From positions 42,966,001 through 43,030,000 of the forward strand of contig OX597817.1 in assembly GCA_951406725.2 (NCBI GenBank): 64,000 nucleotides of DNA, read 5' to 3'. The notes beneath the pieces are model-generated. The model was not told the origin of the DNA and searched no databases. It was given only the letters and a program-made list of their open reading frames with translations. Origin of the DNA: Octopus vulgaris. Its lineage: Eukaryota. Both the position numbers and the translations under genes were made by a program. Below are positions 48,160-60,680 of this stretch, piece by piece. Position 1 is the stretch's first letter, and each line of letters opens with the position of its first letter.

Positions 48160-48966
48160 CTATAGACAACGTTTTAACATTGATGAACGAGCAGCTACCA
48201 GTATTTTAAAGGCTTCTTCACTACCAGGGGCAATGTTTTTATCGGGATGAAGAAGTACGGCTAATCGGCGATAAGCTTTGTTGATGTCTTCTTTTACTGC
48301 ATTCGGATTCACACCGAGTTGTTCATGGTCATATTTAGCATTCTTTAAACGATGTATCAAGTCCACTTGATCTTTTGTGAAACCCAATTGGGTATCCAAA
48401 GGAATTTTAGTACCTCCATTCTCAATAGTGGCAACTATATCTCCTAAAAGGGTATTGAACATTTCAACAATGCCTTCTCCGGTTTGTGCAGAAGTCTCGA
48501 AATAATGAAAGCCATGAGAGTCGGCCCATAAACGTCCTTCTAATTCATTTACAACTCGTCTTTTATCAACTTTGTTTCCACATACGCATACAACCATATT
48601 ATTCGCATCTTTCGTATTGGTCATTTCATTCTTCATTTCTATTAGCCATTGGTCAAGGCAATCAAATGTACATCTTCTAGACAAATCAAACACTAATAAT
48701 GCTCCCTGAGCATCTCTATAAAATTCGTTGCGGACTTCATAAAACATCGGATGCCCTGCCATATCAAATATATTCAAGCGAACATCTCGATTTTTAATTT
48801 GCACTTTAGTCACACCATAATCAATTCCAATCGTCGTTAAATATTTATGTACGAACCTTCTTTCACAATAACGTTTCACTACGCAACTTTTACCAACTTC
48901 TGTCTCTCCCATCGTAATAAGTTTAATCCGAAGCCTAGAAGGCTTATTATATGATGTATTCTCCAT
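48160..48966 (-). CDS. DNAJC27: DNAJC27/RBJ (Rab-like GTPase plus C-terminal J domain), 268 aa, single coding exon
   Basis: GETEVGKS P-loop, YLTTIGIDYG, DMAGH, NKVD, ETSA, and J-domain LHPDKN. First ATG at 48966; the track's start at 48978 is a TTG. Confidence 0.97.
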   Translation of the reverse strand: MENTSYNKPSRLRIKLITMGETEVGKSCVVKRYCERRFVHKYLTTIGIDYGVTKVQIKNRDVRLNIFDMAGHPMFYEVRNEFYRDAQGALLVFDLSRRCTFDCLDQWLIEMKNEMTNTKDANNMVVCVCGNKVDKRRVVNELEGRLWADSHGFHYFETSAQTGEGIVEMFNTLLGDIVATIENGGTKIPLDTQLGFTKDQVDLIHRLKNAKYDHEQLGVNPNAVKEDINKAYRRLAVLLHPDKNIAPGSEEAFKILVAARSSMLKRCL

Positions 48967-49199
48967 GATATTATTCAATTAAATAAGAAGCAAAAAAACA
49001 AAAAGCCGACTACAGCTTGTAATATAAATAAAACATTTCAAGAATAGACGAGTAAAATAAAATAAAATTTAACGCTTTCAAAGATTGGAGTTGTTATATC
49101 TGATATTTCCAATAAATTGTGATAACAGAAAACGATAAATACCGTTTCGCAGAGTTGTGTTGGTGATGCCAAATGTTTGCATTACGATACAGAAGCGAG

Positions 49200-50333
49200 G
49201 AATAACTTGAAAAAGTTAGCTTCCATGGTGATAGTAGTAGCAACAATTGACAATAACAGAGATCAAAAGGACCTGTGTGAAACTGTTATTTAACATGTAT
49301 AGCTTTTGATTCTTCCGCTGTGTCATTTTCCATTATGACAATGTTTTAAAATGAATAGATAGGAAAGAATTGGTATCGACCAAAAAAAGTTCGGTTTTGC
49401 CTTAAAATGTTTGAATCGGTAAAGTGTGAGTCGCTACGGTGACGTAACTAAACAAACTGAATTATCCCTCTGTATCATCAGCCTCTACGTGATCACCAGA
49501 TCTGCTAGAAATAGCAGTCATAGCACCCTCAAATTATACCCTATCGTCTTTTTTCTTTCTATAAACGATCACAGTGAAAAATCTAATGGTTAATTATATA
49601 TATATACAAACAAAAAAGACATTGTGATTGGTACGGCTGAATACCTTTGATTATAGGGCTCCTGGAAAGAGCTGACCTAGGGCTAAACAACAACACCTGA
49701 GTTATCTACCCTGCCTCCTTACCAAGAACTCTCACATTAATGGACCAGTGTACCTTTAAAAGCTATGTGGTAAAACACCCTTAATTAAATTGCCTTCATT
49801 TATATTTAGTAGCGTATGTCAGTTTTATTTAGCACTAGAAATTGAAACCACAGGAAGTATAAGCAATACGATACTATAACAATTTATTATTGAGTTTCTA
49901 TTGATTAAATAAAGTTATTGTTTAACTCCAGGTTAACTCTGATTGAATGAACACCCATGATTAAAGCCCTGGTCATCCCGTCTTTTTAGTATCCAAATCT
50001 ACTGTGACAAACTTGTCCTTTTTTTTTACTGCAGGGTGTGATTTAAGCGATTATTTGGCTGCTATTTCTAGTAGGTCAAACAACCACAGGTTTCCTCAGT
50101 TATTTTAAGACACGTCATTGCCTGAAAGAGTTGAAACTTTAATGAATGTTAAACAACTTATATAGGTTACCGTTTCTGTAGAAAATCTCGTTCTGATTTA
50201 TATATTTTTTAAATTTTCTTTTTCCACATTTAACCAGTCACCAAGAGGATTATTTAGCTGAGGTAAACGAAATTCTTTGGTTATGCAGTTGAACATAGAA
50301 ATATCACTATCTGACAGACATCAACAACTTTAA
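49200..50333. promoter_or_regulatory. Shared divergent promoter region of DNAJC27 and SAYSD1, with X-box-like and CRE-like motifs
   Basis: The two ATGs are 1.37 kb apart, head-to-head. GTCGCTACGGTGAC at 49430-49443 overlaps TGACGTAA at 49440-49447. GCTTCCATGGTGAT at 49219-49232. Confidence 0.5.
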
Positions 50334-50453
50334 ATGGAACAACTATCGATCGAAGAGCGGTTGGCTAAGTTCAGAAAGGAAAAAACCAAAACAAATCCTC
50401 TTCTTGACAGTACGACCACACTCTCTAGACGTTTTGTTGCATTTCGGAATACA
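50334..50453 (+). CDS. SAYSD1: SAYSD1 coding exon 1
   Basis: MEQLSIEERLAKFRKEK resembles the N-terminus of human SAYSD1 (MEQRLAEFR). Donor ACA|gtgagt, phase 0. Confidence 0.88.
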
Positions 50454-51969
50454 GTGAGTATTTTACAAAATAGAAATCATTTAGTAAAGATTTCTGGCTT
50501 TTGTTTTAATTATAAACATCTTGTGTTTTGTTGAAGAAGGAAGAGATGTTTTAAATTAAAAAGTATTTATGTAAAATGATTTTTTTTTCGGTTAAAGTAC
50601 ATATTATGTTTATCACGTTTTATCCTTTTTTTTTTCTTCCCGTAATAACATAAACGGTTTTTGCATCACTCCTTTTCTACCATACAAAACCAAATATACT
50701 CCTTTTTCAATATTTGAAAACCTGCTGAAGTTGCGATTGTGGAAAAAAAAAATTAATAAAGACATGAAAGGTGATACCCAAAATTTCAAGTCGCTAAAAT
50801 GTATTTAACCTTAATTTCTGGCCCTTCTTTTTTTGTGTTTAGTAAATTGGAAGTGATTTTTGTGTATGTGTGTTATAGTGCATTTTTTCTTCCCGTTTTG
50901 CTTTGTCAACAAAACTGAAGCTCCACTTCTATGGCTGGTGTTCTTAGTCAATCCTGCTCACTGAACGATGATCAAAGGTATTCCAGCCGTAATCATCTTA
51001 TTTAATTTATCTTGGACTGTATTATCCAACGTGCCTTTACATTGCTAACACAATGTATTGAGTTTTGAGATAGACTGCTATTCCTAGCAAGTCGAGGAAC
51101 CGCATAGACGCTTCTTCGTTGATTCGTGGTTCTTTGACGATATGAATTCAGGAGTAGGACATGTCTTCGCTGGGACTCCAGGTTTGAATCCCTCTTCGTT
51201 TTCTCCTCTTTTCTACCGGTTCAACATGACTTCGCCTTTTGTAGTCACTGAGGAACATCACACAACAACATGATGATCCTGGGCAGTGATATTTCTGAAG
51301 CAAAACCCCTTAAATTTGAGCACAACAGACGACATCTGCATAGTCTACCAATCCAACAAAGTGATTGAATTGGCAATAACATTGAGCAGAGATAATCAAG
51401 ATATTCAAACCGGCAGAAATTAAGAATACGCACACCACCCGTTTTCGATGTCACCCTAAACGCCGGGTTTATATATTCTTTACCTTCGCCTTCAAACCTT
51501 TTTTGACTAACAATACCTGAAAATAAACAAGTAGCATATAAAAGCAGTGACCAGTGCCACCTTAAAGCGTGGTTATACTTGGCTGTTTCTCGGAGCCCTT
51601 GTAAATTCAGGGGCCTGATTCTCTGCTGTGGCTTGCTGTCAGTAAATAAATATTACAGGGTCCAGTGCGTTGATTTGCCTAATAGCCTGTAATATTGCTT
51701 AAACGGCCCTGTCAGTGACCACTATTCTAACTCAACGACCATCTAATAAACCAAACACGGCAAATACAGATCAATGACAAACTACTCAATCCATAAAAAC
51801 ATCCAAAGCGCCTTGGAGTGGTACTTAGTATTCGAATATCTAGAAAGTAGTACTAAAAGTTTTTTGGAAAAGAGAAGTTTGCCGATTAGGAAGTTAAATA
51901 GAATGGAGGAATCTCCTACTGTGCTAATGACACCTGCACTAACCTTATGGCAACAGCATCACTAAATAT

Positions 51970-52203
51970 TTATTTCTTTATTGCACACAGGGGGCTAAAC
52001 ATAGAGGGAACAAACAAGGACAGATAAAGGGATTAAGGTGATTACATTGACTCCAGTGTTTAACTGATACTTATTTAATTGACTCTGAAAGGATGAAAGG
52101 CAAAGTCGATCTCGGTGGAATTTGAACTCAGAACATAACAGCAGACGAAATACAGTGAAGCATTTCACCTGGCATGCTAACGATTCTGCCAGCTCGACAC
52201 CCT
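51970..52203 (-). mobile_element. SINE family B
   Basis: Reverse-complement copy of the family. Confidence 0.82.
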
Positions 52204-54341
52204 CATATCACTAAATATTGAGTCGCCACCCACAGCATCTCTAACATGTAGTGCTTGTACAAATAAAACTGGCAGCCATCTAGTTTGCCAGTCCTCAGTC
52301 AAATCATCCAACCCATGCTAGCATGGAAAGCGGACGTTAAACGATGATGATGATTATTGATTATATCCACACTTTGACCTAGCTATCAAAATCAGTGTCA
52401 TTGCTCCATCTCATCTCTGCCGAGAGAACACCTAAAAATGGTTGCATTGTATCTAGAATCCAAATATTACCGCAATCTTAAAATAAACAATTAATGCACT
52501 GGCCACCATCTCAAGATTAAAAATCAAGAAAAACCTTTCTGTAAATCAGTAAAAGAAAACATCAAGATTGAAGAAGCCTGGAGGGATGACTGGAGAGAGA
52601 TCCTGGCTGGAGATCACACTGAACCACTGCCCAATTTCTATCATCTAACTCATGAAAGTAAGATGTAGCTGTGTGGTAAAACACTTGCTTCCCAACAACA
52701 TGACTCTGGGTTCGGTCCCATGTGTGGGACCTTGGACAACTGTGTTCTACTATAACCTCAGGCCAACCAAAACTTTGTGAGTAGATTTAATAAATGAAAA
52801 CTGCAAGAAGCCCATTGTATATATAAATATATATATTATATATATATCGGAGTGGTTGGCGTTAGGAAGGGCATCCAGCCGTAGAAACTGCCAGATCAAG
52901 ACTGGAGCCTGGTGCGGTCATCTGGTTCGCCAGTCCTCAGTCAACTCGTCCAACTCATGCTAGCATGGAAAGTGGACGTCAAACGATGATGATGATGATG
53001 ATAATACAGAGAGAGAGATGTGTGTGTGTCTGTCTCCCACCACTGCTTGACAACCTGTGGTGGTGTTTTTATATCACAAACTTAGCAGTTCACCAAAAAG
53101 AGTGACTGATAAAATAGGAACCAGATTTTTAAAAAAATAAGTACTGGGCTCTATACATTTGACTAAAAATTCTTCAAGGCAGTGCCCCAGCATGGCCGCA
53201 GTCTAATGGCTGAAACAAGTAAAAGATAAAAGATATGCCAAATTATAACAACAGCTAACCAATATTGAACACGGTTTAATATTGAAGTGGTGGTGAGGTA
53301 CTTCTTTGATACAACAATGGTGCACTGAAATATGAACACTTAAAGATGGCCCTGACTGAGTTCCAGTTTTTATTGCATACCAACAAAATTTTGTCTAGAA
53401 AATACTGTATTTGTTTGTTATATATGCCTGTAACATTTGAAATTAGCGCAAGTTGTGGACCCTGCATCTCTCAGTGGGTTACTTTAGAGATTTTCTTTTT
53501 ACAGATTGATTTATTTTGATTGACAATTTTTTTTTTTTTTTTACTTTTTTCTAATTATAGTTCAATTTTACTTACTTTTACCAAGTTAATTAGCTCTCAG
53601 TAACACGATATTTAAAACATATTACAGCAGCTACAAACATAACTGTTGTGAACTTTATACAGAAAATAAAAAGGAATGTACTACTACTACTATCACCACC
53701 ACCATCACCACCTCCTCCTCTTTATCAGAAACATTCTATGTGGCTATTATTGTTTATCCCAAAGTCAGCTCTGATCAGTCAGACCAATGATAAGCCATTC
53801 TAGTCATGACCTTCCCTTTATTCAGATAGCATATCTAAGACTACATTATCCTATGTGTCACTTCCGATGGGTTGTGTCCATTTTGTAACATTGTCGGCTT
53901 CCTGGCTCTTACACTATCTCAGTCACTCCATTCACACACATATAGAAACTGTAGCATCCTGCTGTGAAAACCATACCAAAGCAGACCTCACTGATGCTAG
54001 TGTCACGTAAAAAGCATCCAGTCCACTCTGTGATGAGGATGGCATTAGGAAAGGTATCCAGCCATTAGAAGACCTGCCTAAACAGACAGTAAAACTTAGT
54101 GCGGTCCTCTGGCTTGCCAGCTTCTGTAAAATTATCCAACTCATGCCTACATGGAAGACAGACGTTAAATGACCTTGATGATTGTTTATATAATATCTTG
54201 TAAAATTCCTACCTTCTGGTAATGATTAATTTTCAAATCACACCCACATTATCCAAGCTGTTCCTTTCATAATACATTTCTAATTCTTAATCTGTCTTCT
54301 TCAGCACTTAACTGTACTGTTGTTAAGCATGAGCCAATCTA

Positions 54342-54890
54342 CGAGGGTGAGTCAAAAAGTAATGCCATTTTGTTTAGGACAAGTTTAATTACCAACACAA
54401 GAACATGTATCATACATCAAAATGAAGCTGGTCCTCTGTGGATCACATCCCTACTTCTCAACATAGTCACTATTTCTCTCAGTAGTAATGTTTCACCTTC
54501 GAATGAGAGCATGTATTCCTGCCCCGTAAAATTCTCTTGACTGTTCTTTGAGCCACTTCTTCACTACAGTTTTCAGTTCCTCGTCACTGGACTATCATCT
54601 CCTCAGCCCCATGAAAGAGGGTTTGAGAGGCAAACATTATTCCAGTGACGATGAGGTGAAAACTGTAGTGAAGAAGTGGCTCAAAGAACAGTCAACAGAA
54701 TTTTTCGGGGCAGGGATACATGCTCTCATTTGAAGGTGAAACATTGCTATTGAGAGAAACGGTGACTATGTTGAGAAGTAGGGATGTGATCCATAGAGGA
54801 CCAGCTTCATTTTGATGTATGATATATGTTCCTCTGTTGGTAATTATACCTGTCCTAAACAAAATGGCATTACTTTTTAACTCACCCTCA
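54342..54890. mobile_element. Mariner-derived fold-back MITE (two inverted 3' ends)
   Basis: TA-CGAGGGTGAGTCAAAAAGTAATGCC ... GGCATTACTTTTTAACTCACCCTCA-TA. Internal translation DYHLLSPMKEGLRGKHYSSDDEVK. Confidence 0.9.
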
Positions 54891-55664
54891 TAATCTGACA
54901 CTACAGATTATCATATGGGCAACTTGTGGTAGTATGACCCAGTGCAATCAGAATCAAAGTCTCAGCTGTCTTCCACAAAGAACAGAATTCTCTTCACAGT
55001 CCCTGACATACAACTGCAGTGGGTAGATAATCTTACTTTGGGACTACCTTCCTACTAACTGGCTAGTCAAGACCCACATACAACATCAACTAAATAGTGA
55101 ATACAATCGAATGTTTATTTGATTAAGAAGTTTGCATCATAACCATGAGTACTATGAGATATCTTGAGCAGGCAGAAACTGTGCTGAAGCCTATTATACT
55201 TATAAATCAAAGGTTCAGTCTTGAGCTGTTATTGTTTGAGAATTATCTGAAAGATATAAATTAGTTGACTGAACAACTGAATACCCATTGTCAAGCACAA
55301 CAGAGATCTATTTACTTTAAATCAGTAGAGACAGATAATTTAGTATCCAAATTCCTTATTCAATAGAAGATGTACCACATTTGGGGAATTATTAAAATTA
55401 CATATACTGTAATAGCTATTTGTCCATGATATAGATTCACCAAATTTGGTTATTTTTATTTCTTAGTAAATTCTAACCCCTTTAGGTTAATGTCTATTAT
55501 GTTACATTTATTTGCTGTGTCAAGCAATACTACTATACTATTATTCCTAGTGCTTTTTATTCCATTGTTCTGCAAGCATTGTTCCATGTTTTTGATCCTC
55601 AGTTGCCTTTGAGGTGAAAAGACAGAAATCTAAATTAAAAATTAAATACTTATTTTGATTTCAG

Positions 55665-56036
55665 ATCCTTCCTCCTAAACCACTTGATGAAAATAGCATG
55701 TCTACAATCCCCTTGGAAGATGACGAAGAAAATGTCGTGTCTGAACTGAAAGCTGAACCCCCCACGAATGTAACCCTCTCAAGGGCTTTGTTTATTCTCA
55801 AAATAATTCTGTGGCTAATTTTATGGGGATTCTTTGTTGAAATAGGATTTGGAGCTGTTTATTTTATTGCATCAGCTTTTATTTTTATTTGCAAAAATAC
55901 TAATACTGGTTCTAAAAAGAAAACTGGTCCCAGTGCATACTCAGTGTTCAATCCTGACTGTGAACGTTTAGATGGAACATTTACTGCAGAACAATTTGAA
56001 AAAGAATTGCGATATGGTTCTGGATCTGTAAAGTGA
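55665..56036 (+). CDS. SAYSD1: SAYSD1 coding exon 2 (SAYSvFN domain); spliced protein 163 aa
   Basis: tttcag acceptor in phase 0. Contains LWLILWGFFVEIGFGAVYF...GPSAYSVFNPDCERLDGTFTAEQFEKELRYG. Confidence 0.96.
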   Translation: MLPPKPLDENSMSTIPLEDDEENVVSELKAEPPTNVTLSRALFILKIILWLILWGFFVEIGFGAVYFIASAFIFICKNTNTGSKKKTGPSAYSVFNPDCERLDGTFTAEQFEKELRYGSGSVK

Positions 56037-56679
56037 ATTGTAAAATAATAAAAAAAAATCAAATATATTTTTTTAATAAAACTACTAAAAAAAAAGACTC
56101 TCTTAGTATGTGAAAGGACGATTTACTAATACTAATTTTTTGTGGTACCAGTGGTCAATGTTAATCACCCAAATATAGAGCTATCTATATTTAAGTGATT
56201 AATCTTGGCCATCTGTAATTGGTGATCTTGAACAGATAAGTCTACAACCAGCATAGATTAGCTGGCAGTGGATTGACAAGGCCTGAAAGGAAAGGAACTA
56301 ATTTTTTTTAATTACTATTTAGATTACATATGAGTGCACGAATACGAAATTTAATTTCATTTAGTATATTAAAATAATTTAAAATAAAGTAATGTTTGAA
56401 ATTATATTAACAAACAAATTCAGGTTAGATTTATGATTAGTTTGAAATTGCTGCTATATTTGAGCAAAACAATTCTAAAAGTAGGAAGGGCAAATAACTC
56501 AAACTTGTATTCGTTGGCTTGACGGTTTTTTTTTGTTTTGTTTTTTTCAATACCTTCGTTTTAAACTGTTAACAATGAGGAATTGTAATTGAATTTAATC
56601 TTTAATGTATGCATGTTGTCAATAACCATTTTAATGGAAGCAATCAATAAGTATTTCTGATTGTCCTTCTCCTTCTTTG

Positions 56680-57105
56680 GGTGCCATGTCCATTTAACAG
56701 AGGACAGGAAATCATGTCCTGCCACAATTCTCTGTTCTTTGTTTTCTGTAACAGTTACCCTTCCTGATGTTTAATGCCTCTTTTTTCTCACCATTTCATC
56801 AAGCTTGATATCCATATCATCCTTCCTCTGCTTCTTTTCCCTTCATTCTTTTCAGTCATTGTTAAATATCTCTAGGCCCACTTTCTTCATCACATGACCA
56901 AGAAATGTCAGTTGCTTGACCCTTTTTTTATCTCACAAAGCAGTTTCCTGTTTTCTGCAGTTCAGGTCATCACTTCTTCATTAGACAGACAAAATATCAA
57001 ATGAAGTAATGACCCAAGCTGCAGTAAATAGGAAACTGCTTCATGAGACAAGGGCCAGGTAACTGAGACTTCTTGGTCATGTGATGAAAAAAGTAGGCCT
57101 GGAGA
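56680..57105. mobile_element. Old RTE fragment with an inverted segment
   Basis: 56870-56960 and 57019-57105 are inverted. The + arm reads like LRLLGHVMKKVGLE. Confidence 0.6.
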
Positions 57106-57208
57106 ATCCGATTGTCATATTAATATTTGAAAAGTATAAAAATTTCAATTCTGAAATGTTAATTTTCACAAATTTTGCCGTATCCATAACATTCTCAATA
57201 TTAGTTAG

Positions 57209-57594
57209 GCATGGTCACACGATAAGAAGCTAGCTTCCCAACCGCATGGCTCTAGGTTCAGTCCCACTATGTGGCACCTTGGGCAAGTGTCTTCTACTAT
57301 AGCCTCAGGCCAACCAAAGCCTTGTAAGTGGTTTTGGTAGGCAGAAACTGAAAGAAGCCTGTCGTATATAATATATATATGTGTGTATGTATTTGTCCCC
57401 TACCACTATTTGACAACAAGTGTTAGTGTATTTCAGTCCCCATTACTTAGGGGTTCAGCAAAAGAGATCCATAGAATAAGTATCAGACTTAGCAAAATAA
57501 CAAAAAAAGTACTGGGTCAATTCCTTTAAATAAAAATTCTTCAAGGCAGTGCTCCAGCATGGCCACAGTCTAATGACTGAAACAAGATAAAAGA
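57209..57594 (+). mobile_element. SINE family A
   Basis: Family similarity. Confidence 0.82.
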
Positions 57595-57707
57595 TATACT
57601 TAAAGGGTTTAATTATTCAAGCAAGAGTCATAATATGGGGATGGGTTCATATTTAACTTTGCTTATCTTCTATTGCAAAAGCATGAAACTTACAACTTCC
57701 AATCTCC

Positions 57708-57960
57708 ATCATCATCATTGTTTAGCATCCGTTTTCCTTGCTAGCATGGGTTGGATGGTTTGACTGAGGACAGGCAAGCCGGGAAGCTGCACCAGGCTCC
57801 AGTCTGATCTAGCAAGGTTTCTACAGCTGGATACCCTTCCTAATGCCAACCACTCTGAGGGTGTAGTGGGTGCTTTTTACGTGCCACCGGCACAGGGCCT
57901 AGTCAGGCGGCACTGGCATCGGCCATGCTCGTATGGTGCTTTTTATGTGCCACCAGCAGT
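57708..57960 (-). mobile_element. RTE LINE 3' end
   Basis: Family similarity. Confidence 0.8.
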
Positions 57961-58271
57961 GGGGAGGGCACTAAAAGTTTTTGTGGGTATGGCTGTGTGG
58001 TTGAGATGTTCACTTTCCAATTACATGCTTCAAGTTCTATCTCACTATGCAGAACCTTGAGCAAGCATCTTTTATTATAGCCCCAGGCTGACCAAAGCCT
58101 TGTGAATGGATTTGGTAGACAAAAATTGTAAGAAGTCTGTCATATATCATCATTTAACATCTTTTTTCCATTGTGGCATGGATTGGACTGTTCAACATGA
58201 GCTGGCGAGCCAGAGCACTGCATCGAACTGTGGCATTATAGATCTGTTCAGTTTCAATCAGATTTTTTGAC

Positions 58272-58975
58272 AAAACTTTGTATTTTAGAAGTTATTTTGT
58301 GTTAAAGTTGTATTTGGGTAATTTTAACCAATCAACAAATGTGTACTCAGTTGAAGAAAGCTACTGCTGTTTGCAATAGTAAGCAAAGAGGAACAACTTC
58401 CAGATCATCCCTACTAAATGTCACTACTCTGTTCTGTTTTATTTTTGTTTACTGCCTATATTGCATATTACACACTTTTTTCTCTTTTGGTTCTCGCGTT
58501 GGAGTAACCAGAAAACATTGAAGAATCAACACCAAGAAGGTAGAAATATTATTTACATATATTTATTTGTTTGCCTGACATGTAGTTAGAGATACAGCAG
58601 TAATTGTTGTGGCAGTGACAAGTTTGCTTGCTGGTTGGTAGTTGATAGTGTAGAAGTGGCTGTTTGCCAGTAGAGAAGGAAAAAGTAAGGAATGCACAGT
58701 GCTGACTAGAAAGGAAGAAAGAATAAAGGTGACATCATCTTTCTTGCAGCCAAAAGCTTCTCGTTTGTGTCAGCTATGACCAAGGAGCAACACTTTCCCT
58801 TTGCTTGATTTAGAACAGAACAGAGTGGTGACATTTAGTGGAGGTGACCCGGAAGTTGTTCCTCTTTGATTACTATTGCAAACAGTAGTAGCTTTCTCCA
58901 ACTGAATACATATTGTTGATTGGTTAAAATTAACCAAATACACCAACTTTAACAACTTCTAAAATACGAAATTTT
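58272..58975. mobile_element. Non-autonomous element with long inverted termini of about 165 bp
   Basis: 58272-58436 is a diverged reverse complement of 58817-58975. TSD not identified. Confidence 0.7.
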
Positions 58976-60578
58976 CTCCAAAATGTTGGAAATAAAATGT
59001 TCAGTGAGAAATTACACCAGTATACAAAGTTTCAAACTGTTTAGTTTTAAAAAAATAATTTTTAAATCTGTGATGGATCCAGCATGGATTATTTCTACAG
59101 CTAGATGCCTTTTTTAATGTATATGCATAGGAATTGCTTTCTATTGTGATTGCTGTAAATGAGTGTCACCATCATACAAGCAGTGTTCTTTGTTTCCAAT
59201 CCTCTGTGAAAATATGTCTGATCATGAGGAAATATCTGCTTGCTTGGAAACTGGTGACAAGGGAAAATTATCAACAAATTCCATCCAACCCATGTGAGAA
59301 TACAAGAGAGGACATTAAAATGATGATGATGATGAAGTGTGTATGTTTTTATATCTCTGCTTCTCTGAAATAGTAAGGTACAAAGCAATGATATTCTAAT
59401 TTCTCATCAAAAATTGTCAGCTTCAATAATATATTAATCTCACCTATGCTAACATGCAAAAACAAACATCCAATGAAATAAATTAACCTTTTTTTATAAA
59501 TTTGCTGTTGTAAATAACTGTTAGGGAAGTGAATCTACCAAGCTAACTTGTTTTTAATGTATTACATGAAAATCACAAAAGTCTTCCAAACTATACCAAT
59601 GACTCAATGAGGATGGTCATGGTGACCATTTTAAAATAAAATAAGATTTGTATGTATGATTTATTATTTGTTTTCTTTTTGTTTTGCTTTATCATTTTTA
59701 ATGTCGTTTGCTTTATTTTAGAGAGGGAGAGAAAATATGTGATGTGTTAAGTGAAATATAAGATGTTACAGATAGATAATATTGATTCAAATTTTGACAC
59801 AAGACCAGCTTCTTCATGGGAGGGAGTAAGTCAATTGCATTGCCCCCCCCCTCACCTGATACTTATTCAATTGACCCTGAAAAGATGGAAAGTAAAGTTG
59901 GCCTCAGTAGTATTTGAACTCAGAATGTAAAGAGAGACAAAATGCCACTAAGCATTTTACCCAGCAATGATTCTGCCAACCTTACAGATAGAGAATATTA
60001 GTTTCAAATTTTGGCACAAGGTCAGCTTCTTCATGGGAGGGAGTTAGGACTACTCTTTTCTAAACAGTCCAGACATAAGTATATAAAAGACATACAATGT
60101 ACTTTTTAATATGTTACCTATTTATTTCAGTACTAACCCTCTAAACAAACATAAAAGAATATATAATATTCAAGAAATAGTTGCATTTTTATGTGTTGTC
60201 CATGATATCTGAACAGATTTTTGTCAGAAATATTTTTAGAAACTTGGAATTTGTCCACAACCATTCTTTCACTCAGTAATTCTTTTTGAGTACTTTCATT
60301 TCAATAATAATTGCACAACCAATCGTTGAGAAAATAAACTCCTAATTTTCTTCTTAAAAAGAAAACAGAACAGCTTCAGCAGTCAATAGTTTTTGGTTGT
60401 TATTTAATAATGATAGATACAAAGAAATGTTACAAAAACAAATTGAAAAGATAACAAAACTCAAGGGTGATGGAATAAATTGTTTCTAATGAATGAGGGA
60501 AATATACAAATGATTGGTTATTTTACAACAAATATAAACAAAGTCTTATCAAAATTAATTTCTTTTAATTAAATATAA

Positions 60579-60680
60579 TTATTGCTGACTGTGATTGGAA
60601 ATTTGTTCTTTGATCTCGTGTAGATTGCTTAGAACTTGGTCTAATTTCTTGTCATCCATTTCAAAATGAAATACTTTAGC
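60579..60680 (-). CDS. COMMD1: Terminal exon of a COMM-domain protein, most like COMMD1
   Basis: ttttccag acceptor in phase 0. Translates AKVFHFEMDDKKLDQVLSNLHEIKEQISNHSQQ*, versus the human COMMD1 end ESEFLCLEFDEVKVNQILKTLSEVEESISTLISQPN (recalled). Upstream exons were not found in the window. Confidence 0.7.
   Translation of the reverse strand, partial: AKVFHFEMDDKKLDQVLSNLHEIKEQISNHSQQ

Noticed and set aside
48967-48978. ORF-track N-terminal extension of DNAJC27
   Set aside because: It begins at TTG; the ATG at 48966 matches the family's N-terminus.
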